In this document: one piece after another, positions 9,713 to 19,931 of the stretch
How the letters are laid out: each line of letters begins with the position of its first letter
Numbering within the stretch: the stretch's first letter is position 1
Assembly (NCBI GenBank): GCA_043827405.1
Contig: JBDRPD010000003.1
Location: 64,001-128,000 of the forward strand
DNA from: Elusimicrobiota bacterium
Lineage (GTDB): Bacteria > Elusimicrobiota > Elusimicrobia > UBA1565
Direction: 5' to 3'
DNA: 64,000 nucleotides
Notes under the pieces: model-generated
The model's database searches: none
What the model saw: the letters and a program-made list of their open reading frames with translations, nothing else
What the model was told of the DNA's origin: nothing
Position numbers and translations under genes: made by a program

Positions 9713-10585
9713 CTACCAGCGGCCCGGATCGTCGGCCAGGCGCCGCAGCGCGCCGAGGGACTGGGAGGTGCGCATCAGGCCCCGGCTCGACTGAAACGGT
9801 TTGACCAGCAGCGGCTCCTTGCCGCCCTGCTGCTTGCGCGTGAGCGGCACGACCGGTTCGCCGCTGCGCCACTGGCCCAGGACCCAGGAGTAGAGGCGGC
9901 GTTCCGCCAGGCGGATGCGCTCGATGTTCTCCCAGCCGAAAGGAAAGCCCGTCTGTACGCTCAGGCCCCGGAGATCGTCGAGGTAAACGACCGGGCTGCC
10001 GCCTTCCTCTGTTCTCCGGACTTTGATGCGCACGCTGCGCAGGAAAGCCATCATGCGCTTGGCCCGCGCGTTGAAGTAGCTGACGTGATCCTGCTCGAAG
10101 ACGAGCGCCGCCTGGCGGCGGCCGAGGATCATCGCCTTCATCCAGAAAGGATTGCCGAGCTCATCGACGCCCGAGAGCGGGGTCGTCAGGTCGACCACGA
10201 AGGCCTCGTCGATCAGGCGCAGCGTCGCGGCGCGCAGGTAGAAGGCGCATTCGCCCTGAAAGCCGGGATCGGCGACGAAGTCGACGGCGCCCCAGCCTTT
10301 CTGCGCGGCGTCGTCGATGATGTCAAAAGCGACGGCGTCCGGAATCTCCCGCAGGTCCACCTTCAGGCGGTAGCTGTTCTTGCCCGTCTTGGCGAAGAAG
10401 TCGGGGGCGCCCCGGAGGACGTCCAGCAGGGCGCTTTGGTCCGTTACCTGAGGCAGCGACGCGCACAGGTCCGGCGGCAGGACGGACTCCTGGGCGAAGC
10501 CGCGCGCAGGAAGCAGCGCCGCGGCCGCCAGCGCTCCCCAGAGAAGGAGCCGAACTCTCACGTTCCCATTTAAGCATGCGGGCAA
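9713..10585 (-). CDS. Hypothetical secreted protein
   Basis: Signal-peptide-like N-terminus (likely GTG start at 10561); fills the gap between neighbouring genes; no family recognised. Confidence 0.6.
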   Translation of the reverse strand: MPACLNGNVRVRLLLWGALAAAALLPARGFAQESVLPPDLCASLPQVTDQSALLDVLRGAPDFFAKTGKNSYRLKVDLREIPDAVAFDIIDDAAQKGWGAVDFVADPGFQGECAFYLRAATLRLIDEAFVVDLTTPLSGVDELGNPFWMKAMILGRRQAALVFEQDHVSYFNARAKRMMAFLRSVRIKVRRTEEGGSPVVYLDDLRGLSVQTGFPFGWENIERIRLAERRLYSWVLGQWRSGEPVVPLTRKQQGGKEPLLVKPFQSSRGLMRTSQSLGALRRLADDPGRW

Positions 10586-10724
10586 AAATTGTTTACGGAG
10601 CGATGGTCCTAGAGGCGGCGCGGCGATGGGCCCGGACGTTTTTCCGGGTTATCGACGACAAATGAGTGAAGAAATTATATGATGGCCTCTCAGTAAATTG
10701 ATTCGTACCGGGAAAGATACCGAT

Positions 10725-12704
10725 ATGCCAAAGACTCCAACGACGTCCCCCGTCCGGAAGCGCAGCGCTCGTCCTTCGATCGGGCGAACCGCCGCCGAGA
10801 TGGGCGCCAGCCAGCGGGAGATTTCCGTCTCCGAGTTCTTTACCAAGAACCGCCATCTCCTGGGCTTCGACAGCCCGCGCAAGGCGCTGCTGACCTGCGT
10901 CAAGGAGGCGGTGGACAACGCGCTCGACGCCAGCGAAGAGGGGGGGATACTTCCCGAGGTCGTCATCAAGGTGGAGGTGGCCGCCGAAGGCGGCGCGCCG
11001 CTTCTGCCTCCCAGCCAGGCGAAGCGCTTTCGGGTCACGGTGATCGACTATGGCCCCGGCATCATTCGTCAGCAGATTCCGCGCATCTTCGCCAAGCTGC
11101 TTTACGGCTCGAAGTTCCACCGCCTGCGCATGAGCCGCGGCCAGCAGGGCATCGGCATCTCGGCCGCCGGCATGTACGGGCAGCTCACTACGGGCAAGCC
11201 GGTGCAGATCATCTCCCGCACCGGAGAGAATAAGCCCGCGCACTACTTCGAGGTTCAGATCAATACCAAGAAGAACGAGCCCCGTATCCTGGAGAAGAAA
11301 GAGATCGAATGGGAGAACCACCGCGGCACCCAGGTCACCATCGAGCTCGAGGGACGCTACCAGAAGGGCCGCGCTTCAATCGACGAATATATCGAGCAGA
11401 CCTCGATCGCCAACCCGCATGTGAAGCTGACCTATATCACGCCGGAAGGCGAGACCAAGGAGTATCCCCGGACTTATCATCAGCTGCCGGAACAGCCGCG
11501 CGAGATCAAGCCGCACCCCTATGGGATCGAGTTCGGCATGCTGCTTAAGATGCTCCACGACACCAAGAGCCACTGGCTCTCCGGCTTCCTCAGCAGCGAC
11601 TTCAGCCGGGTTTCCACGCGGGTCGCCGAGGAGATCTGCGCCAAGGCGGAGCTGACTTCGCGCAAGCGGCCGCGCGATATCCACGGCGTCGACGCCGAGC
11701 GGCTGTACAAAGCGATTCAAGAAACCAAGATTATGGCGCCGCCCACCAACTGCATTGCGCCGATCGGTGAAAAGGCCATCCTCTACGGCCTGTACAAGCA
11801 GATAAAGGGGGATTTTTATACCGCGGTGACCCGGCCGCCGGCGGTCTATCGCGGCAATCCCTTCGTGATCGAGGCGGGTCTTGCCTTCGGCAAGGGCGTG
11901 CAGGAAAACGCGAAAGAAGCGCAGAAAGTGAAGATGCCGCTCGCCGAGGGTGAGGAGGCGGGCAAGGGCGGCGAGCTGGCGCGCGTAATCCGCTATGCCA
12001 ATCGCGTGCCGCTGCTCTACCAGCAGTCGGCCTGCTGCACCTTTAAGTCGGTGCTTGAGATCGTCTGGCGCAACTACGGCCTGTCCCAGTCGCGGGGGGC
12101 GCTGCCCGCCGGCCCCATGGTCATCTTCATCCATATGGCCTCGGTCTGGGTGCCGTTTACCAGCGAGTCCAAGGAGGCGGTCGCCGACTACGACGAGATC
12201 CGCAAGGAGATCAAGCTCGCGGTGCGGGAATGCGGACGGCGGCTCGGCATCTTCCTCAAAAGGAAGGAGCGGGCGAAGAGCGAGTACAAGCGGCGCAATA
12301 TCTTCGACCTATATATTGAGGAAGTCGTCGAGGCCTGCCGGCGGCTCAAGGGCGGCCGCATCCCCGCCGAGCGGCTCAAGAAGGAGCTGCATATGATCGC
12401 CATGAAGCGGACCGGCGGTGAGAAAACCGATGAGCTGCTGGGGACGAGCGGCGGGCCGGAAGGGCTGCCGCATTCCATCATCGTCACGCCGGACGGTCCC
12501 GAGGGCGAGATCCCGGAGACCGGCGAATCCAGCCCTCCCGAGGAGGCGGCTCCTGAGCTTCCGCTGCAGCTGCCCGAGCCGGAGAAAGCGCCGCCCACAG
12601 AGAAGGCGCCGGCTAAGCTGAAGAACCCGGCGAAAAAGAAGATCAAGAAGGCGGCGCCGGCCAAGAAAAAGCCCGCGCCCAAGCCCAAGCGAGCGAAGAA
12701 GTAA
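10725..12704 (+). CDS. top6B: DNA topoisomerase VI subunit B
   Basis: QREISVSEFFTKNRHLLGFD, KEAVDNALDA (GHKL), LLYGSKFH...SRGQQGIGISAA, RYANRVPLLYQ, VPFTSESKEA. Start placed at ATG 10725. Confidence 0.96.
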   Translation: MPKTPTTSPVRKRSARPSIGRTAAEMGASQREISVSEFFTKNRHLLGFDSPRKALLTCVKEAVDNALDASEEGGILPEVVIKVEVAAEGGAPLLPPSQAKRFRVTVIDYGPGIIRQQIPRIFAKLLYGSKFHRLRMSRGQQGIGISAAGMYGQLTTGKPVQIISRTGENKPAHYFEVQINTKKNEPRILEKKEIEWENHRGTQVTIELEGRYQKGRASIDEYIEQTSIANPHVKLTYITPEGETKEYPRTYHQLPEQPREIKPHPYGIEFGMLLKMLHDTKSHWLSGFLSSDFSRVSTRVAEEICAKAELTSRKRPRDIHGVDAERLYKAIQETKIMAPPTNCIAPIGEKAILYGLYKQIKGDFYTAVTRPPAVYRGNPFVIEAGLAFGKGVQENAKEAQKVKMPLAEGEEAGKGGELARVIRYANRVPLLYQQSACCTFKSVLEIVWRNYGLSQSRGALPAGPMVIFIHMASVWVPFTSESKEAVADYDEIRKEIKLAVRECGRRLGIFLKRKERAKSEYKRRNIFDLYIEEVVEACRRLKGGRIPAERLKKELHMIAMKRTGGEKTDELLGTSGGPEGLPHSIIVTPDGPEGEIPETGESSPPEEAAPELPLQLPEPEKAPPTEKAPAKLKNPAKKKIKKAAPAKKKPAPKPKRAKK

Positions 12705-12712
12705 GAGGCAAT

Positions 12713-13816
12713 ATGGCAAAGACCAAAAGGAGCAGTACCCGGGTCGGCAAGAAGCTCGTCGGGCTGGCGGACATCGTAATCAACGCGGCGGCGCGGAAAA
12801 AGGATCCCACGATCCAAATCCCGGTGCGTTCGCTGTCGAACGTCAAATTCAACGAAAGAACGGGCATTATTGAGATGGGCCGCAACAAGCAGGCCCGCAC
12901 TTTCTTCAACGTCGGCATGGCCAAGAAATTCATGCAGACCATGCTGGTGGCCGACGCGCTCAACGAGCTGCAGAGCTCGGATCTGACGACGTCGCTCAGG
13001 GAAATTTACTACCGCACCAAGCATACCATCAAGGACTCGCACGAGAATACCTTCGACGGCCAGAACGAGTCGGATCCGGTCATCGAAGATCTCGAGGTCG
13101 CCTTGGAGGCGCTGCGCGAGGAGCTGCACGTGCGCGCCGATAACGGCGGCACCGTCGTCGGTCCGCTGACGCTTATCGACGACGGCGATACGGTCGACTG
13201 CACCAAGCTCGGCAAGGGCGGCTACTCCATCCCCTCGATCGTCGAGCCCGAGTACCTGCGGATCAAGAAGTGCACGGCCAATTTTATCCTTTTGGTCGAA
13301 AAAGGCACGCAGTGGAACCGCCTGTCGGAGGATAAGTTCTGGCGAAAGTACAACTGCGTCATGATTACCGGCAACGGCCAGCCGCCGCGCGGCGTGCGGC
13401 GCCTGACCCGGCGCCTCCATGAGGAGAAGAAGCTCCCCGTCTACGTGCTCGTCGATAACGATCCTTGGGGCTACTATATCTACTCGGTCATCAAGCAGGG
13501 CTCGATCAACCTCGCCTTCGAGAGCCAGCGCATGGCCATCCCCAAAGCCAAGTTCATCGGCCTGTCGAGCGTCGACCCCCAGCGCTACGGCCTGCCGCGC
13601 AATGTCGGCATCAAGCTTAACGATAAAGATGTCAACCGCGCCAAAGAGCTGCTGAACTACCCGTGGTTCCAGAAGAAAGAGTGGCAGAAGGAGATCAAGC
13701 ACATGCTCTCCTCCGGCCTCAAGTATGAGCTCGACGCGCTGGCCAACAAGGACTTCCAGTTTCTGACCAAGCAGTACCTGCCCAAGAAGCTCAAGGACCG
13801 GGACTGGCTGGACTAG
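12713..13816 (+). CDS. top6A: DNA topoisomerase VI subunit A (Spo11-like)
   Basis: SLREIYY (catalytic Tyr region), TOPRIM motifs LLVEKG and VDNDPWG, terminal ELDALA; adjacent to top6B. Confidence 0.96.
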   Translation: MAKTKRSSTRVGKKLVGLADIVINAAARKKDPTIQIPVRSLSNVKFNERTGIIEMGRNKQARTFFNVGMAKKFMQTMLVADALNELQSSDLTTSLREIYYRTKHTIKDSHENTFDGQNESDPVIEDLEVALEALREELHVRADNGGTVVGPLTLIDDGDTVDCTKLGKGGYSIPSIVEPEYLRIKKCTANFILLVEKGTQWNRLSEDKFWRKYNCVMITGNGQPPRGVRRLTRRLHEEKKLPVYVLVDNDPWGYYIYSVIKQGSINLAFESQRMAIPKAKFIGLSSVDPQRYGLPRNVGIKLNDKDVNRAKELLNYPWFQKKEWQKEIKHMLSSGLKYELDALANKDFQFLTKQYLPKKLKDRDWLD

Positions 13817-13853
13817 AGCGTATAGGCTGAGTTTTACACTAGTGAAGCTCTGT

Positions 13854-13876
13854 GCCGGCCGAAGTCATCGGCCGGC
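13854..13876. terminator. Hairpin between convergent top6A and ygiQ-like genes
   Basis: GCCGGCCGA-AGTCA-TCGGCCGGC, perfect 9-bp stem; no clear U-tract. Confidence 0.45.
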
Positions 13877-13886
13877 CTAAGGCGGA

Positions 13887-15590
13887 TTACTTCCTTTTTT
13901 CGCGGGGCGGCAGGCAGACGGCGTCTTTCTGCCGCTCCTTGCCCGCCGCGCCGCGCTCGACGAATACCTCTGCGCCGGTGAAGGGATCCCGTCCGGTATA
14001 GTACATGAGCGTCGAATAGGTCGACGGCGTGGGGGTGAATATCTGCACCTGCTCGGGGCGCAGGCGCAGCTTTTCCCGGGTGAAGCGTTCGAGCTTCGCC
14101 ATATCCTCTATCGTGCACCCCGGATGCGCGGCGATGAAGTAGTAGGTGAGAAACTGCTTCTTGCCGGCCTCTTTATTCGCCTGCGCGAACAGCCGGCGGA
14201 AGCGCTCGAGGTTTTCGCCGTCGGGCTTGCCCATCAATGCCAGCACCCGGCGGTCGCAGTGCTCCGGCGCGATCTTCAGCTGGCCTGAAACATGGTGCGC
14301 CGCCAGGTCTTTTAGAAAGCGCGTTCCAGATTCGCCCGCCTCCAGCAGCAGGTCGTAGCGGATGCCCGAGGCGACGAACACCTTCTTGACGCCGGGGATT
14401 TGCCGCAAGCGCGCCAGAAGCTCCGTGTAGCGTGCGTGGTCGCGGCGCAGGGCTTTGCAGGCGCCGGGAAACAGGCAGCGCTTGTCATCGCACAGCGCCT
14501 GGTCCGGCCGGGCCCCGCAATCGGTGCCGTACATGTTGGCCGTCGGCCCGCCGGCATCGGCGATGACGCCCTTGAACGCCGGATGGCGCGCGATCGCTTC
14601 CGCTTCCCGGACGATGGAGTCCTCGCTGCGGGAGATCACGCGGCGCCCCTGATGCGAGGCGATGGCGCAGAAGCTGCATTCCGCGTAGCAGCCTCGATGG
14701 GTGGTGATGGAGAAGCGGATGGTCTCGAGCGCGCGGATTTCGCCGCCCCGCCGGCAGCGCGGATGCGCATCGCGCTCGTAGGGCAGGCCGTAGGCATAGT
14801 CGAGCTCCGCGGAGGTGGGGTGCGGGGCGGGCGGGTTATGGATGAGCCAGCGGCCGCCGTGACGCTGCGTCAGGCCGCGTACGTGATGGGGGTCGCCGCC
14901 GCGGTAGAAGGCATGGAACATCGCTTCGAACGTTTTCTTGTCCGCCGCGGTTTCTTCATAGGAAGGCAGTTCCAGAAAGCCGTCCTTCGGAGCTTTCGCG
15001 ATATAGCAGAGGCCCCGGATGCCGGAGGGGTCCTCCTTGTTCTGTAAGGCCTGCGCCAGCCGCAGGGCGGTCATCTCGCCCATGCCGTAGACGAGGTAGT
15101 CGGCTTTCGCGTCAAACAGGATCGAGCGGCGCAGGCGGTCGCTCCAGAAATCGTAATGCGCCGTTCGCCGCAGGCTCGCTTCGATCCCGCCCAGTACGAC
15201 GGGCGCCGTGTTCTTGCAGGCGCGGCGGATCAGGTTCGTGTAGGCGATGCAGGCCCGGTCGGGCCGCCGGTCGTTTTTGCCGCCGGGGGTGAGATCGTCC
15301 TGCCGCCGCCGGCGGCCGGAAGCGGTGCGGTTGGATACCAAAGAGTCCATGCAGCCGGCGGTGACGCCCCAGAATAGTGCGGGTTCGCCGAGGCGCATGA
15401 TATCGGCGGTGCTTCCGGTTTCGGGCTGGGCGATAATTCCGACCCGGAAGCCGTGATCCAGAAGGACGCGCCCGACCACGGCCGTGCCGATAAAGGGGCT
15501 GTCGATATAGGCGTCGCCCGTGACCAGAATGACGTCGAGCCGGTCCCAGCCGCGGGCTGCGGCTTCTTCGCGGGTGGCGGGCAGAAACAT
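13887..15590 (-). CDS. ygiQ: YgiQ-family radical SAM protein (UPF0313)
   Basis: Starts MFLPATREEA...DVILVTGDAYIDSP; THRGCYAECSFCAI; GGPTANMYG; EQVQIFTPTP. Start set to ATG 15590. Confidence 0.93.
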   Translation of the reverse strand: MFLPATREEAAARGWDRLDVILVTGDAYIDSPFIGTAVVGRVLLDHGFRVGIIAQPETGSTADIMRLGEPALFWGVTAGCMDSLVSNRTASGRRRRQDDLTPGGKNDRRPDRACIAYTNLIRRACKNTAPVVLGGIEASLRRTAHYDFWSDRLRRSILFDAKADYLVYGMGEMTALRLAQALQNKEDPSGIRGLCYIAKAPKDGFLELPSYEETAADKKTFEAMFHAFYRGGDPHHVRGLTQRHGGRWLIHNPPAPHPTSAELDYAYGLPYERDAHPRCRRGGEIRALETIRFSITTHRGCYAECSFCAIASHQGRRVISRSEDSIVREAEAIARHPAFKGVIADAGGPTANMYGTDCGARPDQALCDDKRCLFPGACKALRRDHARYTELLARLRQIPGVKKVFVASGIRYDLLLEAGESGTRFLKDLAAHHVSGQLKIAPEHCDRRVLALMGKPDGENLERFRRLFAQANKEAGKKQFLTYYFIAAHPGCTIEDMAKLERFTREKLRLRPEQVQIFTPTPSTYSTLMYYTGRDPFTGAEVFVERGAAGKERQKDAVCLPPREKRK

Positions 15591-15595
15591 GCGCG

Positions 15596-16393
15596 TCAGC
15601 TCCGCCGCCGAATGCCGAGGATTTTGTCCGACTCCCGGTTGAGCATTAGGATCCAGAAGAACACCAGCATCACGGGGCACAGCATATTGAAGAGCCACCA
15701 GCCTTCGAGGTCCATCATCAAAGGAACCGCGGGGTTGAGCGCCGCGCCGAGAACCGCGCTGGCCATGGCGACTTCCCAGTAGCCGCGGCACAGTGCGAAG
15801 TAAACGCTGTGCGCGCAGACGAGGCAGACGACGACGCGCATGGCGCTGAAATAGCCTTTGAATATCGTAACGTCGATGAAGTAGAAGAGCGCCAGGGTGA
15901 TGATCGCCAGCAGGTAGGACGCGCCGAGCTGGAAGAGCCCGGCGAAATCCGGTTCATCGGCCGGCATGCCGTGCCGGAAAGGCGACCATTCATGCGGCCG
16001 GCGGCGCAGTTCGGCCTCTTTGGCGAATTCTTCGTCGAAGCGGGTGATCCCCGGCTCCGCCTCGTCCACCGGTTCGGGCTCCGCCCAGGGCTCTTCTTCG
16101 GCGGCGGCATCGCGGCCGTAGCGGGCGGCCAGGTCCGGTTCCGGCTCGTCGTATTCCGGCGGCGGCGCAGCGGCGTCCGGCGCGGGCTCGTCGGGTGCGA
16201 TATCGCGCAGGAACTCGTAGGCTTCGTTGATCTGCTGCATTCTGCGTACGCAGCTCTGGCGGGAGACGTCATCGTAGGGATAGAGGTCGGGGTGATAGGT
16301 CTTGGCCATGGCGCGAAACGCCCGCTTTATTTCCTGGCGGGAGGCGCCGGGCTCGAGCTCCAGAATCTGGTAGTAGCGTTTGGCGGCGGACAC
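15596..16393 (-). CDS. J-domain (DnaJ-like) membrane protein
   Basis: YYQILEL...EIKRAFRAMAKTYHPD...MQQINEAYEFL, acidic linker, C-terminal TM helices. Confidence 0.88.
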   Translation of the reverse strand: MSAAKRYYQILELEPGASRQEIKRAFRAMAKTYHPDLYPYDDVSRQSCVRRMQQINEAYEFLRDIAPDEPAPDAAAPPPEYDEPEPDLAARYGRDAAAEEEPWAEPEPVDEAEPGITRFDEEFAKEAELRRRPHEWSPFRHGMPADEPDFAGLFQLGASYLLAIITLALFYFIDVTIFKGYFSAMRVVVCLVCAHSVYFALCRGYWEVAMASAVLGAALNPAVPLMMDLEGWWLFNMLCPVMLVFFWILMLNRESDKILGIRRRS

Positions 16394-16429
16394 GCCTTAG
16401 GATAACAGTCTAAACGAAGATTTGGTAGT

Positions 16430-17818
16430 ATGGACCCACTTCGTATTTTGGGGAAAGTCATGGAGAAAGCGGCGATATCACGCGGTCAATGGGCCAGCCG
16501 GATGGGCTTTATTCTGGCCTGCGCCGGCTCCGCGGTGGGCCTGGGAAATATTTGGAAGTTTCCGTACGTCGCCGGCATGAACGGCGGCGGGCTTTTCGTC
16601 ATCATCTATCTGCTCTGCGTCGTTTTTATCGGCCTGCCCATCATGATCTGCGAGTTTTCGATCGGGCGCACGACCCAGCGCTCTCCGGTGGACGCCTTTC
16701 GCGCGCTGACGTCTCCGGGCGGCTGGTGGCAGTGGGTGGGCTGGATGGGGGTGTTCGCGGGCTTCATTATCCTTTCCTATTACAGCGTGGTGGCGGGCTG
16801 GACCCTGCAGTATGTGGTGATGGCGCTCAAGGGCTTCGGCGGCGCCACCGACCCCGACACCGTGGCGGGCTTTTTCGGCAAGCTGTACGGCAGCGCGTCC
16901 TTGAACCTGTTTTGGCATATGGTCTTTATGTCGATGACGATCGGCATCGTGATCGGCGGCGTCAAGGGCGGCATCGAGAGAGCCTCCAAGATTATGATGC
17001 CGCTGCTGTTCGTCATGCTGGGAGTGCTTTTCCTGCGGTCGATTTCGATGCCGGGCTTCGGCAAGGCCCTGACCTTCGTGTTCAGCCCGGACATCTCCAA
17101 GCTCACTCCGGGGGCCGTCATCGAAGCCATGGGCCAGGCGTTTTTCTCGCTGAGCCTCGGCATGGGCGCCATGCTGACCTACGGCAGCTACCTTACCAAG
17201 GAGACGGATCTGGCCAAGTCGGCGCTCATCGTGGCCATCATGGATACGGGCGTGGCGCTGATGGCGTCTCTGATCATGTTTCCGATCATCTTCTCCTTCG
17301 GCATGAGCCCGCAGTCCGGCCCCGGGCTGGTGTTCAAGAGCCTGCCCATCGTTTTCGTGCAGATGCCGGGCGGGATGTTCTTCGCCGTGGTGTTCTTTCT
17401 GCTTCTCGCCTTCGCGGCCCTGACCTCGGCCATCTCCCTGATGGAGGTGGTGGCGTCGTTCTTTATCGATACGCTGAAGTGGGACCGCGTCCGGGCGACG
17501 CTGATCCCGGGGCTTTTGATATTCGTCTTCGGCGTGCCCTCGGCTCTGTCGGGCGCCGATACCTCCGGGCTTGATCTGCTGCCGGGCAAGAATGTCTTTG
17601 AGTCGATGGACTATATCGCTTCCAACTGGCTGCTGCCGCTGGGCGGGCTCTTTATCGCCCTCTTCGTCGGCTATCGTATGGATCCCAAACGGGTCAAGAC
17701 CGAGTTCCAGCAGCATTCGGTCTTCAAGCATCTGTTTATCCCCTGGCTCTACTGCGTCCGCGTGCTCTGCCCGCTGGCCGTCGCCGCCGTCTTCATCTAC
17801 GGCCTCATGCCTAAGTAG
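16430..17818 (+). CDS. Sodium-dependent transporter, NSS/SNF family
   Basis: RGQWASRMGFILACAGSAVGLGNIWKFPY; GQAFFSLSLGMG. Confidence 0.95.
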   Translation: MDPLRILGKVMEKAAISRGQWASRMGFILACAGSAVGLGNIWKFPYVAGMNGGGLFVIIYLLCVVFIGLPIMICEFSIGRTTQRSPVDAFRALTSPGGWWQWVGWMGVFAGFIILSYYSVVAGWTLQYVVMALKGFGGATDPDTVAGFFGKLYGSASLNLFWHMVFMSMTIGIVIGGVKGGIERASKIMMPLLFVMLGVLFLRSISMPGFGKALTFVFSPDISKLTPGAVIEAMGQAFFSLSLGMGAMLTYGSYLTKETDLAKSALIVAIMDTGVALMASLIMFPIIFSFGMSPQSGPGLVFKSLPIVFVQMPGGMFFAVVFFLLLAFAALTSAISLMEVVASFFIDTLKWDRVRATLIPGLLIFVFGVPSALSGADTSGLDLLPGKNVFESMDYIASNWLLPLGGLFIALFVGYRMDPKRVKTEFQQHSVFKHLFIPWLYCVRVLCPLAVAAVFIYGLMPK

Positions 17819-17961
17819 TCGGGCGGCTCCGGCTGTCGCCTGTCCTTCGCGCTTGGCAAGGTCTACGCTTCGTCAGAAGGGTTCCCTCCTCCCGCTTTAT
17901 GGCGCCCCGGATTCATAGTTGATATAATCCGGCTACCTTCCTTACGCAGAGAGAGCGATTA

Positions 17962-18924
17962 ATGGCAAAGAAAACATGGCTCGTAACCGGCGGCGCCGGC
18001 TTCATCGGTTCGCATATCGCGGAAACCCTCGTTCGCAAGGGCGAGAAGGTCCGCATCATCGACAATTTTTCATCCGGCAAGAAGTCGTTCATCGCGCCGT
18101 TCGCCTCGAAGATCGAGCTGATCCGGGGCGATATTCGCAGCCTCGCGGCCTGCCGGCGCGCGGCCAAGGGCGCGAGCTACGTCATCCATCAGGCGGCGAT
18201 CCGCTCGGTGCCCAAGTCGATGGACCATCCGACCGCTTCGCATGACTCCAACGCGACGGGGACCTTGAACCTCCTCATCGCCGCCCGGGACGCCAAGGTC
18301 AAGCGTTTCGTCTACGCTTCCTCGAGTTCGGCCTACGGCGAGTGCCAGCGCTTTCCGCAGCGGGAGTCGTTTAAGACCGCGCCGGTCAGTCCCTATGCCG
18401 TCGCCAAGCTGTGCGGCGAGCACTATGCGATCATGTTCGCCAAGGGGATGGGTTTGGAGACGGTGTCGCTGCGCTACTTTAACGTATTCGGTCCGCGCCA
18501 GGATCCGGAGTCGATGTACTCGGCGGTGATTCCGAAGTTCATGGAGCAGGCTTATCTCGGCCTGCCGCTCGAGGTGCACTGGGACGGAAAGCAGAGCCGC
18601 GACTTTACGCATATCGACAATGTGGTGCACGCCAACCTGCGGGCGGCCCAGTCGCGCACCGGCGTCGGCGAGGCCTTCAATATCGCCAACGGCAAGACGT
18701 ATTCCCTGCTCGACATCGTCCATGCGATCGAGAAATTCGTCGGCCATAAGCTCGAGCGCCGGCACTCGCCCAAGCGCAAAGGCGACGTGCGCAAAACCCA
18801 GGCCGACATCTCCCGCGCCAAGCGTCTGCTCGGCTATAAGCCCACGGTGAATTTTGAAGAGGGCATGCGGGAGACCTGGGACTACTTCGTGAACTCCTAC
18901 TTCGCCAAGCGCAAGCGCCGGTGA
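17962..18924 (+). CDS. NAD-dependent sugar-nucleotide epimerase (UDP-Glc/GlcNAc 4-epimerase-like, extended SDR)
   Basis: TGGAGFIGS, YASSSSAYG, SPYAVAK, LRYFNVFGPRQDP. Confidence 0.9.
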   Translation: MAKKTWLVTGGAGFIGSHIAETLVRKGEKVRIIDNFSSGKKSFIAPFASKIELIRGDIRSLAACRRAAKGASYVIHQAAIRSVPKSMDHPTASHDSNATGTLNLLIAARDAKVKRFVYASSSSAYGECQRFPQRESFKTAPVSPYAVAKLCGEHYAIMFAKGMGLETVSLRYFNVFGPRQDPESMYSAVIPKFMEQAYLGLPLEVHWDGKQSRDFTHIDNVVHANLRAAQSRTGVGEAFNIANGKTYSLLDIVHAIEKFVGHKLERRHSPKRKGDVRKTQADISRAKRLLGYKPTVNFEEGMRETWDYFVNSYFAKRKRR

Positions 18925-19931
18925 AGCTGCTGGTCACGGGCGGGCTCGGCTTTATTGGGTCGAACTTTGTCCGCTATTATTTGGACCGGCATCGCCGGGA
19001 CCGGATCGTCAACCTCGATTGCCGCACCTATGCGGGCAACCCGGCCAATCTCAAGGGTATGTGCGGCGCGGACCGCCACCGCTGGGTGCGCGGCGATATC
19101 GCCGATCCCAAGGCCGTTGATCGCTGCATGCCGGGCGTCGATGTCGTGGTCCATTTCGCGGCGGAGACCCATGTCGACCGCTCGATCCAGGACGGAAACG
19201 CCTTCCTGCGCACCAATGTCACAGGAACCAAGGTGCTGCTCGACGCGGCGCTGCGGCATAAGGTCCGGCGCTTCGTTCATGTCAGCACCGACGAGGTTTA
19301 CGGCAGCGTCGCGCGGGGCTCCTCGCGCGAGGGAGATCCCCTGCTGCCCAACAGCCCCTATGCCGCGGCCAAGGCCGCTTCCGACCATATCGTGCGGGCC
19401 TATCATGTCACTTACGGCCTGAACACGGTGACGACCCGCTGCTCGAATAACTTCGGGCCGTATCAGTTCCCGGAGAAAGCCCTGCCGTTGATGATCACCA
19501 ATTGGCTGACGGGCGAGCCCTTTCCTCTTTACGGAAAGGGGCTGAATATCCGCGATTGGATCTATGTTCTCGATCATGTGCGCGCGCTCGAACTGCTGCT
19601 GCGCCGCGGGAAGGCGGGGGAGGTCTACAATATCGGCGGTACGGCCTCGCTGCGCAACAAGGATCTCGTCGCCCGGGTGCGCCGTATCATGAAGGTGCCC
19701 GAGAACCTGGTGCGCCGGGTCCCGGACCGGCTCGGCCACGACCTGCGCTACGCGGTTGACTGCCGCAAGCTCAAGCGTTTGGGTTTCCGTCATTCCCTGT
19801 CGTTCGATGCGGCGCTGCGGCAGACCGTGACGTGGTACGGCGAGCATGCGCCGTGGTGGAAGGCGATCAAGAATAAAGCGCAGTTTAAGCGCTATTACAA
19901 AAGACAGTACAGGACCTTGGTGAAAAAATGA
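18921..19931 (+). CDS. rfbB: dTDP-glucose 4,6-dehydratase
   Basis: HFAAETHVDRSI, HVSTDEVYGS, PNSPYAAAKA, NNFGPYQFPEK, DRLGHDLRYA. Confidence 0.93.
   Translation: MKLLVTGGLGFIGSNFVRYYLDRHRRDRIVNLDCRTYAGNPANLKGMCGADRHRWVRGDIADPKAVDRCMPGVDVVVHFAAETHVDRSIQDGNAFLRTNVTGTKVLLDAALRHKVRRFVHVSTDEVYGSVARGSSREGDPLLPNSPYAAAKAASDHIVRAYHVTYGLNTVTTRCSNNFGPYQFPEKALPLMITNWLTGEPFPLYGKGLNIRDWIYVLDHVRALELLLRRGKAGEVYNIGGTASLRNKDLVARVRRIMKVPENLVRRVPDRLGHDLRYAVDCRKLKRLGFRHSLSFDAALRQTVTWYGEHAPWWKAIKNKAQFKRYYKRQYRTLVKK

Noticed and set aside
15591..15791. N-terminal extension of the YgiQ ORF
   Set aside because: Overlaps the J-domain gene; the family N-terminus MFLP begins at 15590.
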